From Octopus bimaculoides (taxonomy: Eukaryota), in the NCBI RefSeq assembly GCF_001194135.2, contig NC_068992.1, positions 45,473,727 to 45,521,373 on the forward strand: 47,647 bases of DNA, in the 5' to 3' direction. Made by a program: the position numbers and the translations under genes. The notes beneath the pieces are model-generated. The model had not been told where the DNA came from. It ran no database searches and was given only the letters and a program-made list of their open reading frames with translations. Each line of letters opens with the position of its first letter. Position 1 is the first letter of the stretch. Of the stretch, positions 1-11,973 are shown piece by piece.

Positions 1-169
1 ATATATATATATATATATATATACATATAACAGAAGTGAAGCTGTTTTCAGTTGAAAATCAAAACCAAATAGCAGAGAGATGATACCTTCAATTTTTATT
101 ATTGTACGAGAATTATATCCAATTTATTCGATTGCAAAGTATTACTGGTAGTTATTTTATTTAATGTAG

Positions 170-210
170 AATTATCAAGGACAAAGTGATTGTTTGCAGG
201 ATTCGAAAAG
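170..210 (+). other. Candidate 41-nt internal exon of an unidentified plus-strand gene
   Basis: Acceptor ttattttatttaatgtag| and donor AAG|gtaatt. Two frames are open (NYQGQSDCLQDSK or IIKDKVIVCRIRK). No homology recognised. Confidence 0.2.
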
Positions 211-2072
211 GTAATTTAAGTAAAGAAAATCGATGACTAGTCCTTGCTTTCACGACAGTGATTCATTTTATTTCTTCGTTATAATTAGACCAAGCTAATT
301 CAAATGTAGTCTTTGATATATAATGCTAATAAAGAAAGCAATAATTACGCAGAAGAATTCCCATTTAGCAAGGACAGAATACTATTATTAATTCCTTAAA
401 ACTTTATTATAGTGACCCAGGAGGATGAAATTGTAGGCTGGTATCAGTGAGATTTGAATTCTGAAGATAAATATTGACAAGTAATTCGAACTTTCACTGC
501 CATATGATAAAGTTAAAGTGGTATTACACTGGATTTATCTGTAGACATATTGTGTCTGTGAGTGGAGTCCAGACACTATTCATTCCCTCAACTCCTGTCT
601 TAGCATTGCAGTTCATCTACGGATTTATAGCTTGCATTATTTTCAAATATATCTACTCCAATAATATTGTAGACTAACTACAGTACGTCTGGGGTCAGGT
701 TTTAGTTCTTTATTCAATCAACTTTATTTTATGTCTGTCTTCAGACCGCCTTTCTATAATGTCCATGTATAGAACATAAGGTTTCGTGGTTTTTGTGGAT
801 GATCATGAATAAGTATATAATGTTCATGATATGAATAATATTTCTTTAAAAATATTCGCGCCTTCAAATCGTGTTAATTTCACTCGAAGCTGGAATAATG
901 ACAAAATGAAGTTGTTTATATAGTTCTGAAAATGAGAAAAAACATTTTCGGTGGTGTAATCAGCTACGTACACGTTTAACATAATCTCAATAATTATAGC
1001 CTGTAATCCAGCCATCTGTAGTAGCAGATGAAAGATAAATTTGTCCCTAGAAAGTCTTTATTTTGTCTAAAAATCATATTCATTTTTCATGTCAGTGGAA
1101 AATAGTCTTTCAAGAATTACTCATACGTCCAAAGCTCTGACACTTCTTAGAGAGAGGAATGGGGTTACACTATGTAAATTAGAAAGTGTCAGTTAACAAC
1201 TACATGTCTAGGTCCCTGATAGCAAGTTTGGTGTTACGTGATGAAGAAAACAATTAGAAGTGTTAGATTCGTGCATAAATTATCCTCTGTTGTTTGTTCA
1301 TGGTCATATTTTCAGATCTGAAAAGCAGAAAGTGTGTTAGTTCTTAAATCTGGAAAATCTGTTATATTCCTTTTAATATATTAAATGCAATAGTGCTCCA
1401 GAAACCAAACGTTTGTATTTTGATCTCATTACTTATATATCCCACAATGTATTTTGCTATAATAACGTAGTAGGCACCCTCTGTTAAATACACGACGTTG
1501 CAATTACATAAAAAATCATTTTATTAACAGACCTGGAAAATTGGGGATCCTGAAAGAATTCAGATAATCTAATACTGAAAAATAAATAAAAAGTAATCGG
1601 TTCTTGCTTTTAGATCTTTACTGGTGTCAGGATTTTCTATTAATCCAGTTTCTCGATTATTGGTTGCTCGAAGCATATGACACCTATCATTCGCAATGTA
1701 ATTTTCAACGAGAAAAAAAAATAGCGGTAAAGCAAAAGCAGAGGCCAGAAGGGGATTAAATCATGTTACTGACAAAGAATTTGTTAGAAGCCAAGTGAAA
1801 ATCTCTTAACTTACAACATATGAGTAACATCATGACATTTTTATTTGGAATTCCGAGCCAGTAGCTAACTACGAAGCTGTCATCCAATAACTCTTCACAA
1901 TAACCCCATCATTTTTACATGTAACTTAACAAATATTAAACGTGTTGAAGAAGCTCTGAAAAATAACTAAACAAGAAAATAAATCCATGTAGGAATTAAA
2001 ATAAGTTATACCCAATAATCTGTTAGAAACGGAATCGGAATCCTGCTATCACTAACGCTGCAGTACTGAAAA

Positions 2073-2340
<268 letters not shown>

Positions 2341-2539
2341 TGAAACCCAAAAGTAACCGGAAACTTTCTCTTTAGGACAAACCCATGGCTTCTGCTGCTA
2401 GGAGCCACTTGATCCGACACTCAGGCATCAGTCTGCCGATTGACATCGTCCAATGACGTCGTACTGCCAGGTGGTGCGTCTTTGTTTTGCAGTCCATCTC
2501 CCCTGTTCGTCGAAAAAAGAAAAGGATTTCTTAACTTCT

Positions 2540-2730
2540 CACAAGGCCAGATATATTGTGGGTGGAGTATGTCGATGAATTCAACACCAGTTGTTGGCTG
2601 GTTCATAATATTATCGACCCCAGAGTGCTGAATAGTTAATCTCGAAAGAATTTTGAATTTAGAAAATAAAGAGCAATGCTAAATGCTGCTAGGCATTTTG
2701 TCTGATCTGATGATCTAACGAATCCGCCAA
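2540..2730 (-). mobile_element. tRNA-derived SINE, local family A, degenerate copy
   Basis: Minus strand reads ggcggattcgttag...caaaatgcctagcagcattt...ggggtcgataat...actggtgttgaattcatcgac...ctggccttgtg, colinear with the copies at 9343 and 11615. Confidence 0.6.
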
Positions 2731-4417
2731 AAACTTACGGCAATGTAACTGAAAAATAAATGGAAACTACTTGTGTAAAGTTATCGATCACATATATAAA
2801 GATATTTCTCAGGAAGTTAAACTGTCAAGATTTGTAGAGATTGACATCAGAGTCTAACGTGGTATTTGCTGACGCAAAGATTTCTTTGACCCTCATCATC
2901 ATTGTTAACCTTGAAAAGATAGGTTTTCCTATTAATTACATAATTTGGAGCTTAAGAAAGAAAACTTGGGGTATTTCTCAAATATCTGATTATTACAGCC
3001 AATGGCGATAACAAAACAGCAACAATAGTGACGTCAACAAAACAAGTACTAATAACAACATCAACAACATCGACAACGATGATGAGGATGATGAGGATGA
3101 TGATATCAAAGGAAAGGACAAAGGAAAAATTTTAATGTTGATAATGAATATTTCGTTGCATAGTATTAGTAATCCTGCCTCAAATCTCTACCCATATAAA
3201 AGGTTGTAAAGGAGTAAACAAATCGTTTTATTATCCAATAAAATCCAATCCATCATGGTTAAATTTGAACAATGAATCAAGTTGTGATTCTGCCGCAACA
3301 TCTCAGAAATTGTTCAATAAATCTACAATGTTATGGGCTAATATAAATTGGTGATTACACATGAAAACCTCATTCAACGAAAGATTTGCTGTCATGAGTT
3401 GTAGAATCGAGCCAGAAATAGCAATTATTCCTTTATTCCGAATGATTGTACCTTCAATAAAAACCTTATTCCGTTTTCAGATTTATGATCATTGATATTC
3501 AGGATGCGATTTCCTTGCAGTTTCAACGGTGTTAGTAATAATTATAATTCAAACAACAACGATAACAAAAACAACAGCATATTTATATCCACTTGTTATA
3601 GAATGCGTCTCCATATTGTCACTACAATATTTTTATTCATTACAACTTGCTCCTTTTTAATTCGAGCGAATATCTTCAGTTTATTTTAACATATTTCTAA
3701 ATCTCGGTGCTAAATAATGGCTTGTCAAACATGGAGATTGTTTTAGCTTTAATTTCAATAGACGTGTTCATGTGGATTAAGACAAATTTGAAGCTAACAA
3801 GAACTAAACTTATCACTTAAATTTTTCATCCAATGAACGCTACGATCTATTAATATGATCGTTTTCAGCTTCAGGGATTCTACTGAAGTATGGTTATGTT
3901 TATGGAGAATCTAATTTAACAGTTTTGTTTAACAACCTGGATTGGTGGATGGGGACAAATATAGGGTATTAGCAGCTAACATAAAGTTTCAATCTAGTTG
4001 TATCTCATGTTCCATAAAAGTAACAAAATAATGAGTGTGCATCTCCCAAACAGAACCTTGTTATACCATTAAAAAAGATAACAATATATAGACAACAATA
4101 TTTGTCATTGGCTAATAACGCATTTCTTTAAATATATAGATATGTATGTGTGCATGTATGTATGTGTGAATGTATATATGTAGCTATATATGTATATATA
4201 CTAGAGAGATAGAGAGATTGGTAAATAGATAGATAGCTAGATAGGTATACACATACACACACAGGTACATGTATACGAACACATGCACACACATACGGTG
4301 TTAGTTTTTGACTGATTCCTGCTTTAAATATATTGACCGTGACTTCTTATACACCCATGGTGTAATAGATAGAGAAGGAATAAAGGAAACAATGGATCTC
4401 TTTATGAATATACTGTG

Positions 4418-4570
4418 AAGTTCGGTGACGTAATGCGGGACAAAATGCTTTGGTATACTTAGTTACGTCTGCTTACACATTGAGATCAATTCTCACCAGT
4501 GAAAGGTTTTGCCTTTTGTCCTTTTGAGGGGTGATCAAAGTAAGCACTAATCATCTAGGCAGGGGATCTG
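4418..4570 (+). mobile_element. SINE family A, highly degenerate copy
   Basis: cgggacaaaatgctttggtat...ttttgccttttgtccttttgaggggtgatcaaagtaagcac matches the body of the 9343 copy. Confidence 0.45.
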
Positions 4571-4714
4571 TGTCATACTATATTAATGATGTTCCTTCTC
4601 CAATTCAAAACGTTTAATCATACAGTCATGACCAACATTTATTCAACCGATGTATGTGTTTGTGTGTGTGTAAATAAATGTGTAAATTAGTAAAATGCCA
4701 TTGAGTCACTTATG

Positions 4715-5700
4715 GTGGCCAAGACAGGAATGAAATGGAGGAAAGCAGATGCCTTGAATGTCACCGGACCGCACTGAACCAAGAAGGATTGCTCGTGCAT
4801 CGTCTCGTGAAGGGAATGATCTAGGTAGCAGCAGATCTCACTGCAACAAGAGCCCAGGAGAAGATGAATTTACTGAGGTGAAAGAATCGGTCGAGGAAGA
4901 GTCAGCGAGAAGTGCGGAATGTTACAGCAGGAAGTGTGGACAAGATGGCAGCAAGTAATGATTTGCAATATTGCTTAGCCTGTGCTCTTGAAAACCGATC
5001 CCATTCGGATAATATTATTAAGCTTGTCAAAATCGATGGAATGTCAAACCTGTCTAATTTGATCTGAGGAACGTTGGAGTCACCAAGTTGCTCTCGTTGT
5101 CAGAGGAGCAGGACACACGTTCACTGTCGTAAGTAGGTATCTAAATTATTGGATGGGAGGAACTATTACAAGCGCCATGAACAAGTCATGCCGTAGGATT
5201 AATCACTATAAGCCTCAGGCGAAGTTAACTTCGCTTGACTTAAGACTGCAGAGAAGCTAACATCAGCTTCTAAAACCACTTCATCTCACCTGCTTGCTTT
5301 GGCACAAAACTAAGAGCTAAAAGCTGTCTTCTGGAACCCAAATTCTCAGAAAATGTTGCAGCAGCATCGCTAAGGCAAAACATCGTGCAAATCTCGGAGG
5401 CTTCCACGTCAGTTATCCTAATCACAGCTCTTCTTTGCCTCGTATTGAAGGAAACTACCAGAGGAAGAGTTCAATGTATCTCAGTTGATGGGAGCATGCC
5501 GAAACGATGGTTAGTGAGTGAGATGTTACTTAATTGAGGAAAAATGCTGAGGGTTCAGCGACCATTATCTCTGCAGGGTTTACAATGTTTGGATATCACG
5601 ATAGCCAGAAGTTATGCAGCATAAGCTGCTTCAGGTAAGGTGAGCGAACACTAGACTTTGCTACCCTAGGTAGTGCTATGTGGACACAAGCCAAGGTTTC
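4715..5700 (+). mobile_element. HERO-like (RLE-clade) non-LTR retrotransposon, decayed 3' part: post-RT region, zinc knuckle and restriction-like endonuclease
   Basis: Frameshifted translations give KTGMKWRKADAL, EVKESVEEES, GMLQQEVWTRW, SNLI*GTLESPSCSRCQR...GRNYYKRHEQV, KFSENVAAASLRQNIVQISEASTSVIL and IEEKC*GF, in the order I recall for HERO/NeSL-type ORFs (RTGRKW; GMRQQGAWTRW; CPLC...RYRWRHDQV; TSLRPDIVL...ELT; IEVGCRGF). Many stops. Confidence 0.75.
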
Positions 5701-7275
5701 GTTAATTCTGTCTTGTCCGCCTGTGTGAGATTTTCGAAATTGAAACATCCACAACAGCGACTGACCCCTCACGAATCATTGGTAATGTATTAAGGTGCAC
5801 CGAAATGAAAAGAAAGAAAAACAAATATCAGCTGAAATGTAAATATATTCCGTTAAATATTACAAGAATCTTTAGTTTAACGTTTATAACAATTATATAA
5901 GTTAAAATTATAAAATATTGGTGGAAGAAGAAGAAGGAAAAGTAAAAATAAAGACATTTATTTAAAAATATATATGGAAAAAAATTATTGAATTCTTGAT
6001 GGGTATGTGTGTATGTATTAATGTATGTTTGAATGAGTTCGTTTCTAATATCTAACCTATTTGGCATTACCTCCTAGTACTCTAAAATATTTAAATAAAA
6101 ACTTACTTCGTGTTGATTTATTGGAATACGCTCCAACGTTGAATTTTTTAAACTTTATTTTATTTTTATTTTTTTTTAAAGATATAAATTTTACGATCGT
6201 TAAATTAAAAGTTATAGGCAAATTTAAACAACCAGGTAAATTTACGTTCAAAATAATAAGTTGTTTTTTTTACTGGAACAAGACCAAAAATCGTCGAAGA
6301 GTGGTCAAATGAATTGAATCGAGCTTAGTGTAAGACAGGTATTTCTTTTATTTTTATCGAAGGAGAATATGTGAAATAAACACGAGAAGGATTTGACGTC
6401 AAGGAATTAGAAACAATTTTGTGAACGTTTTTCTATTGCAAAATGACAATCTGGTCTCTTGCAACCGAACAAAAACCCAACCCACTGCACATAACGAATC
6501 ACTTTCTACCTCACACGACGTAAGGAAGATCACAAAGCGAACATCTTTATAGTCGCTATAGATACCAGGTTTAACTGTTGTTGATTCTATTTCAACACTA
6601 CAACACTATATATATGCTGTTGTTTAACCATAAATTTTTTTTATGGAAGGAGTATCGTAACCTTAACATACTGTTCCTTATTGATGTTATGCCATTGCGC
6701 CCGTACGATGAAAAGTGAAATCGGTAAGGTATGGTATGAACCCAGGGATTAATTAGATACATCACTGCAGCAAAAGCATGCACTGTTATTTGAGTCATAA
6801 ACAAATATACTGTATGTGTGTTTACTCTAAGACAAAGAGAAAATCTCTAGGAACGTCTGGTAACGTAAATTATAAACGAGCTGATAACAATAGATTTTGT
6901 GATCTAAATAAAATGTTATGACAAGTTCACATCTTTTAGTATTGCCCTGAAGGATAATTTGGCAAGCTACTTCATATTTTGATATAGATATTGCCGGAAA
7001 TGATTTGGAAAGTTCTTGTCTCAACAGATGTAAAAACAAATACAGTACTTTCATACGATTTTGATAAATTTCCTCAAAGAAAAATAAAACGTTTAAGTGA
7101 TCTATTCTCTTTTGAAACAAAACAGTATTTTCTAAACATCTTTTGTGAAGTTAATTTTGATTGTACAACTATAAAATGTTACTTTTTTTTACCTTTTGCT
7201 AAATCGTGACAAAATTCATAAAACGAAAATGAAGTATGAACTGAAGAATGAAACATTTTCGATAAAGGCACTTCT

Positions 7276-7277
<2 letters not shown>

Positions 7278-7360
<83 letters not shown>
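7278..7360. repeat. Compound microsatellite (TA)n(GA)n
   Basis: Directly visible. Confidence 0.95.
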
Positions 7361-7364
<4 letters not shown>

Positions 7365-7782
7365 TGTATGTATGTGTATATATATATAGATGTGTATGAT
7401 ATACATTAGTACATAAATGTATATGTACACACATGCACACACACATATATATGTATTCAAACAATAGTTACTTGAAAGTTTGTTTGCGGAAAATTATTCG
7501 TATTATTTAGATTATAGGAGTGATTTATCTAATTATGATACTTTATATGTAAACAGACTTTTTTATTTTTTATTTCGCTGTTGTCAAAATCCAAAATATA
7601 TTATTGCGTGGTCGATCTTCATATGGAAGAAAAAAATATTTTTTCTCCTATCTCTTTCATGTTTACATTGAATTACTCTTCTCTCCCCAATATTTTGAAA
7701 GTATTTGTGAACCTATTATATTTTCTCTGCTGCATCTCTTTCACTTAAAACCTGCTTTTTTCATGATATGATTTTGATGATA

Positions 7783-8200
7783 TTATTTGATGCAACAGAA
7801 AAGGTTGAGCATCAAACACCACGACGTACTGTGATCCATTTCAAAGAAAAATTTAACGTCTTCGTCAGTATCTTTGTTGCAATCTCTTTCAAGTGAAACA
7901 CGCAAAATCTTGTAATTCGACATAAAATATTTTTCAACAATTTCGTTAGTTATAAATACGTTTTCTTTCAGCTCTAGTTTATTACTAACGTCAATGATCC
8001 AGTTGTTATCTGATCTGCAAAGACGAGTTTCTGATGCAATTCCGCATTTCGTTGTGGAAATAACAAATACTCGCTCAAGCATTTCTCTAAGCCTATCATT
8101 GACCTCCCACATCCATAATCTTTTTATTCCGCGTTTCATTAGTTGCCGCATGTGTGGAATCGAAGATCAAGTCTTTAGTAATTCGAAATGATTTTATTAT
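7783..8200 (-). pseudogene. Possible relic of a Ras-superfamily small GTPase (speculative)
   Basis: DVGGQ at 8113-8099 joins DRLR in the 122-aa ORF frame if one base (8098) is skipped. IIDVSNKLE (7983-7972) is G4-like and the ORF ends CCIK*. No P-loop is present and motif spacing is too short. Confidence 0.2.
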
Positions 8201-8205
8201 CAAAA

Positions 8206-8824
8206 CTAACTGAATAACCCGTCGTTGCCGGGCAATTTTTACAATAGAATGTCGTATATACATTTTTGCTTACTCCATGTCAGACCATGCCTTCTCCGAC
8301 AAATAGGCCTCTTGATCAGGATAGATTTATGCAATTTTACGCAAAAAAATCTTCGTTGAGAATCTTTTTTCCTTTTAAAATTATTTACAAGTCTTTTCGA
8401 CCATTTCACATGACTTTATTCATTAAAACTTATTAAAACTTCAGAAGTTCTTACAACTTTGGTAATCGTTATGCTTTATTTTCCCTTGTTTAATAAAAAT
8501 TCCTCCACGTAATGATTTTGCTTCCATTTGGTGATAGACAGCTATCATGCAAAAAATGCCAGCTCCCAAATCCTGTTTTCTGATTCGATAAAATTGATTA
8601 AGCTTTAAACCTCATTAATATTTTTCTGCAACTTTTCTGGAGCAAATAAATAACAAAGTAATATTATCATCCCAGTACCACTCCATAATTGTCATTTACA
8701 TAACTTTGTTCTCCCCTTCACTGATATCGGCCACACTCACTATGCTACCACATTTCTCTCACACTTACTCTCTTTCTCATTTCATCAAACAATAGTCCAA
8801 TCGCACTAGGGAGCCTGTTATAGA
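8206..8824 (+). mobile_element. Possible non-autonomous Helitron/HINE-type element
   Basis: Begins actaactgaataacccgtcgttgccgggc, resembling the ACTAG...ACCCG.CGTTGCCCGG 5' motif of such elements. The 3' end (tatagat at ~8818-8824) is a guess. Confidence 0.35.
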
Positions 8825-8984
8825 TTTTTCTTGAAATCCAAATAACTTATAATTCAACTGGATGTTAGTTGAATACGTATGCAAAGTTTCGTCAAGATTT
8901 GTTCACTGCTGTAGGCAGCAAGATAGACAGATTGACAGAAATTGCCATTTATGTATAAGAATACCTGCTTCTATTTTTCTGCAG

Positions 8985-9008
8985 TCTATCTACAAGCGCA
9001 AAAGCATG
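8985..9008 (+). other. Candidate 24-nt microexon
   Basis: ctgcttctatttttctgcag|TCTATCTACAAGCGCAAAAGCATG|gtgagt: near-consensus acceptor and donor, length divisible by 3, all three frames open. Confidence 0.35.
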
Positions 9009-9342
9009 GTGAGTCTCATTGAAAATTTTAGCATAGTTACTTGTAAGCCGAAGTAAAGTGGAAACTATTTGCTGTTTACTTGATTGTAGGAGTAAGATAC
9101 ATGTTACGCTCAAGATGTTATCGAGATGTGTGTCTTTGTGAAGAAAATCCGTGAAAGTATTGGTCACTATTTTTGGTCTTCTCAATATAGTTAGGATGTA
9201 GATCTAGAAGAAATAAGCTTTTACATAGAAAATATTAAAATCGTTACTACAACAAATCGTACCTAGCATCAAACTGAACATACTCTCATGATGTTTAAGA
9301 TGTGGAGCAATATCCAAGTGTAATATTTACAGCCAGGTTTAA

Positions 9343-9560
9343 GGCGGCGAGTTAGCAGAGTCCCTCTCAAGCCGGACAAAATGCTTAGTGGTATTTTGTC
9401 CGTCTTTAAGTTCTGAGTTTAAATTCCACCGAGGTCGACTTTGCCTTTCACCATTTCGAGGTCGATTAAATAAGTACCAGTCAAGCACTGGGGACGATGT
9501 GATCGGATTACTCGCTGCCCCGAAATTACTGGCTTTGTGCCAAAATCTGAAACCAATATT
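9343..9560 (+). mobile_element. tRNA-derived SINE family A, near full length
   Basis: ggcggcgagttagcagag...aaaatgcttagtggtattt...gttctgagttttaaattcc...gaggtcgactttgcctttcac...aagtaccagtcaagcactgggg; shared with several other copies in this window. Confidence 0.8.
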
Positions 9561-9785
9561 TACAGCTAAATGGACTTAATCGAGGAGAACAAACATCTTC
9601 GCTATAAATATACACATCAATCGTGTCAGGATAAAAAACGCCAACATAACGGCAAATAGGTCAATAGGTTATTGACTTCAATTATATTTTCCCTCACAGA
9701 AGTGGTACTAAGTTGATCCAGGTTCAGCTTAAAAGTTCCTATATGGTACCTGATATTTCGGTTGTATTCACAGCTGAAATTATTG

Positions 9786-10066
9786 ACTTAATTGATACAA
9801 GCAAATTAATTGATAAGGACTCATTTAATTAATGTAGACATAGTTAATTGATATATATACAACTTATTGATATTGACACAATTTATATAAACAAATTTAT
9901 TGATATACACAGAAGTTATTGATGTAGGTACAATGAATATAAACTGATTAAATTATTAAAGACAAAATTATGATATCGATTTTATTTGATATAAACGCAT
10001 AGACATATTTAATTAATATGAATACAATTAATTGATGTAAGCCCAATTAAGTGATATAAGGCATAA
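9786..10066. repeat. Decayed 19-bp minisatellite, consensus ~AATTAATTGATATAAACAC
   Basis: Successive 19-nt units: aattaattgataaggactc, atttaattaatgtagacat, agttaattgatatatatac, aacttattgatattgacac, aatttattgatatacacag, aagttattgatgtaggtac, aattaattgatgtaagccc. Confidence 0.65.
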
Positions 10067-10229
10067 GATATTTCGAAAAGTGAAGGTTATGTGGCGTCCA
10101 TAATTTTGGCCGTCAACGTTTTATTTAGCATATGATTATCGTTATGCTATTATTATGCGATGCAAATGTGACATTTAATAATTATCAGAAAATGTCGAAC
10201 CGATGAAACACTACCAGGTCGACTGGCCC

Positions 10230-10410
10230 ACAAGAATTATCAGCCATGTCTCAAATCACAATAGAATCATACAAAGAGAAAAAAAAAGGAGAAAAAGTAT
10301 TCTTAAACACCCCTAAAAAGGGAATGATTACGGTTAAATACGGTTGAATGTCTTACATTAGAATACTGCTTAATCAACCTGGGATTAAACAAAGACAGCA
10401 ATTAGAAAAT
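10230..10410 (+). mobile_element. Interspersed repeat 3'-tail fragment (local family C)
   Basis: tctcaaatcacaa...ggttaaatac...cttaatcaacctgggattaaaca is related to 40550-40685 (+) and 44615-44820 (-). Family assignment is from recall. Confidence 0.4.
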
Positions 10411-10664
10411 AGCAGCAAATATGAAAAGTCATGTGTTGGAAAGCATTTACGTGAAAGTGCGTGATATCACATCTTGCTTCTAAGAATATGGTAGAATAAC
10501 ATGAAGTCGTGATTTTAATATTAAAAACAATAAAGTGAAACCAAGATAATTATCACTTTCCTTTTATCTGTCATTTTACCATGGATAAAAGGCTATCGTT
10601 TTACTTTCATTTTGATTTGATTTTATGTGTGTTTCATCAAAACTGCCATTAACTTCCCTGGCAG

Positions 10665-10677
10665 TTTCTAGCTAAAG
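10665..10677 (+). other. Candidate microexon (13 nt, or 6 nt from 10672)
   Basis: A long AG-free pyrimidine-rich tract ends ttaacttccctggcag|TTTCTAGCTAAAG|gtaaga. An alternative tag acceptor gives CTAAAG. Confidence 0.25.
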
Positions 10678-10679
10678 GT

Positions 10680-10735
10680 AAGAATTTAAACCTACATTAA
10701 ATTTAAGAATTTAAACCTACATTAAACCTACATTA
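10680..10735. repeat. Short tandem duplication (~25-bp unit containing aaacctacatta)
   Basis: aagaatttaaacctacattaaattt followed by aagaatttaaacctacatt-aaacctacatta. Confidence 0.8.
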
Positions 10736-10747
10736 CAATTCGGTTGT

Positions 10748-10900
10748 GAAGGTGCGTGGCTTAGTGACTAGATTCTTCTACTCAAGTTCATAACGCTGTA
10801 GGTTCAATTCTTGGACCAAGCGGAGCGTTGTCTTTATGAGCACGTTACTTTATTTTACTTTGCTGCAATTTATTCTACTGAAATTAAGTACCAACCTATT
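10748..10900 (+). mobile_element. tRNA-derived SINE head with CORE/Meta-like central domain, degenerate
   Basis: A-box-like tggcttagtga and B-box-like ggttcaattc, followed by gcgttgtctttatgagcacgttactttattttac, which resembles the tgtccttgagcaagacacttta core of CORE/Meta-type SINEs. Confidence 0.5.
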
Positions 10901-11229
10901 TTTCGCTTCCTTATCAATGACAGCCACGATTTTCTGCTGGATCAAGTGTTGGAGAGATGACAAGATGTCTATGTTAAATTGACGATGTCTATGTTAGCAC
11001 TTGCTCGCGAAGGCTGACTATAATGATTGCTTGCTTATAAATTACATATCTAGAGTGAATCGAGCGCGAACATAATGATCAATGTTAATTCAAATGTTAC
11101 CCACAATGATTAGAAACAATTATCGTAATGATTTAATTCCGCTGAAGGAGGTCAAGGGTGAAAATCTTGATATTTAAATTCATTAAAAGTAGTTGGGGGG
11201 GGGGGTCCTGATATTTATTAGTAATATGA

Positions 11230-11456
11230 TAACTGCGGACTCATTTTGGGATTATTAACTCTCGCCGGCATTCTAAATGTGAGATATTTTGATGCCGAGA
11301 CATGTATTTGAGATTTTAATAAATGAACGCGGTCTGTTAACTGAGAAGAAATACGCAGAGTTAGCTGCTGATGAGAAAACAATGTACATGATAACACTTC
11401 CAATTAGTTAAGATGAGAAGCCATGTGAGCCACTGTCTGGTACTGCATCAGAGCAT

Positions 11457-11457
<1 letters not shown>
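11230..11457 (+). mobile_element. Terminus of an unassigned retroelement abutting (ATT)n, copy 1
   Basis: 11376-11451 matches 11840-11915 at 68 of 76 positions; both run into (ATT)n. Confidence 0.6.
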
Positions 11458-11524
<67 letters not shown>

Positions 11525-11534
11525 NNNNNNNNNN

Positions 11535-11614
<80 letters not shown>
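11458..11614. repeat. (ATT)n microsatellite interrupted by a 10-N gap (11525-11534)
   Basis: Directly visible. Confidence 0.95.
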
Positions 11615-11615
<1 letters not shown>

Positions 11616-11760
11616 GGCCAGCTAGCAGAATCGTTGTCACGCCGGGCGAAATACTTAGTGGTATTTCGTCTGTTGCTGCATTCTGAGTTCAAATTCCGCC
11701 GAGGTCGATTTTGCCTTTCATCATTTCAGGGACGATAAGTTAAGTACCAGTAAAACACTG
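11615..11760 (+). mobile_element. tRNA-derived SINE family A, 3'-truncated
   Basis: gctagcagaatcgttgtcacgccgggcgaaatacttagtggtatttcgtc...gagttcaaattccgccgaggtcgattttgcctttcatc. Confidence 0.8.
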
Positions 11761-11765
11761 AATAA

Positions 11766-11913
11766 TGTCAAACAACTGACAAGCAAACCCGTGATATTGA
11801 GTAGAATATTTGTTGTAGCCCATCTTTTTATGCCAAGACAAAACAATGTACATGATAACACTTCTAATCAGTTAAGATGAGAACACATACGAGCCACTGC
11901 TTGGTACTGCATC

Positions 11914-11972
<59 letters not shown>
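11766..11972 (+). mobile_element. Terminus of the same unassigned retroelement, copy 2, with (ATT)n
   Basis: 76-bp match to copy 1, followed by (ATT)n. Confidence 0.6.

Positions 11973-11973
<1 letters not shown>

Noticed and set aside
538-579. Minus-strand peptide IVSGLHSQTQYVYR resembling a fibronectin type III strand
   Set aside because: Flanked by in-frame stops on both sides with no usable splice sites; likely a chance match.
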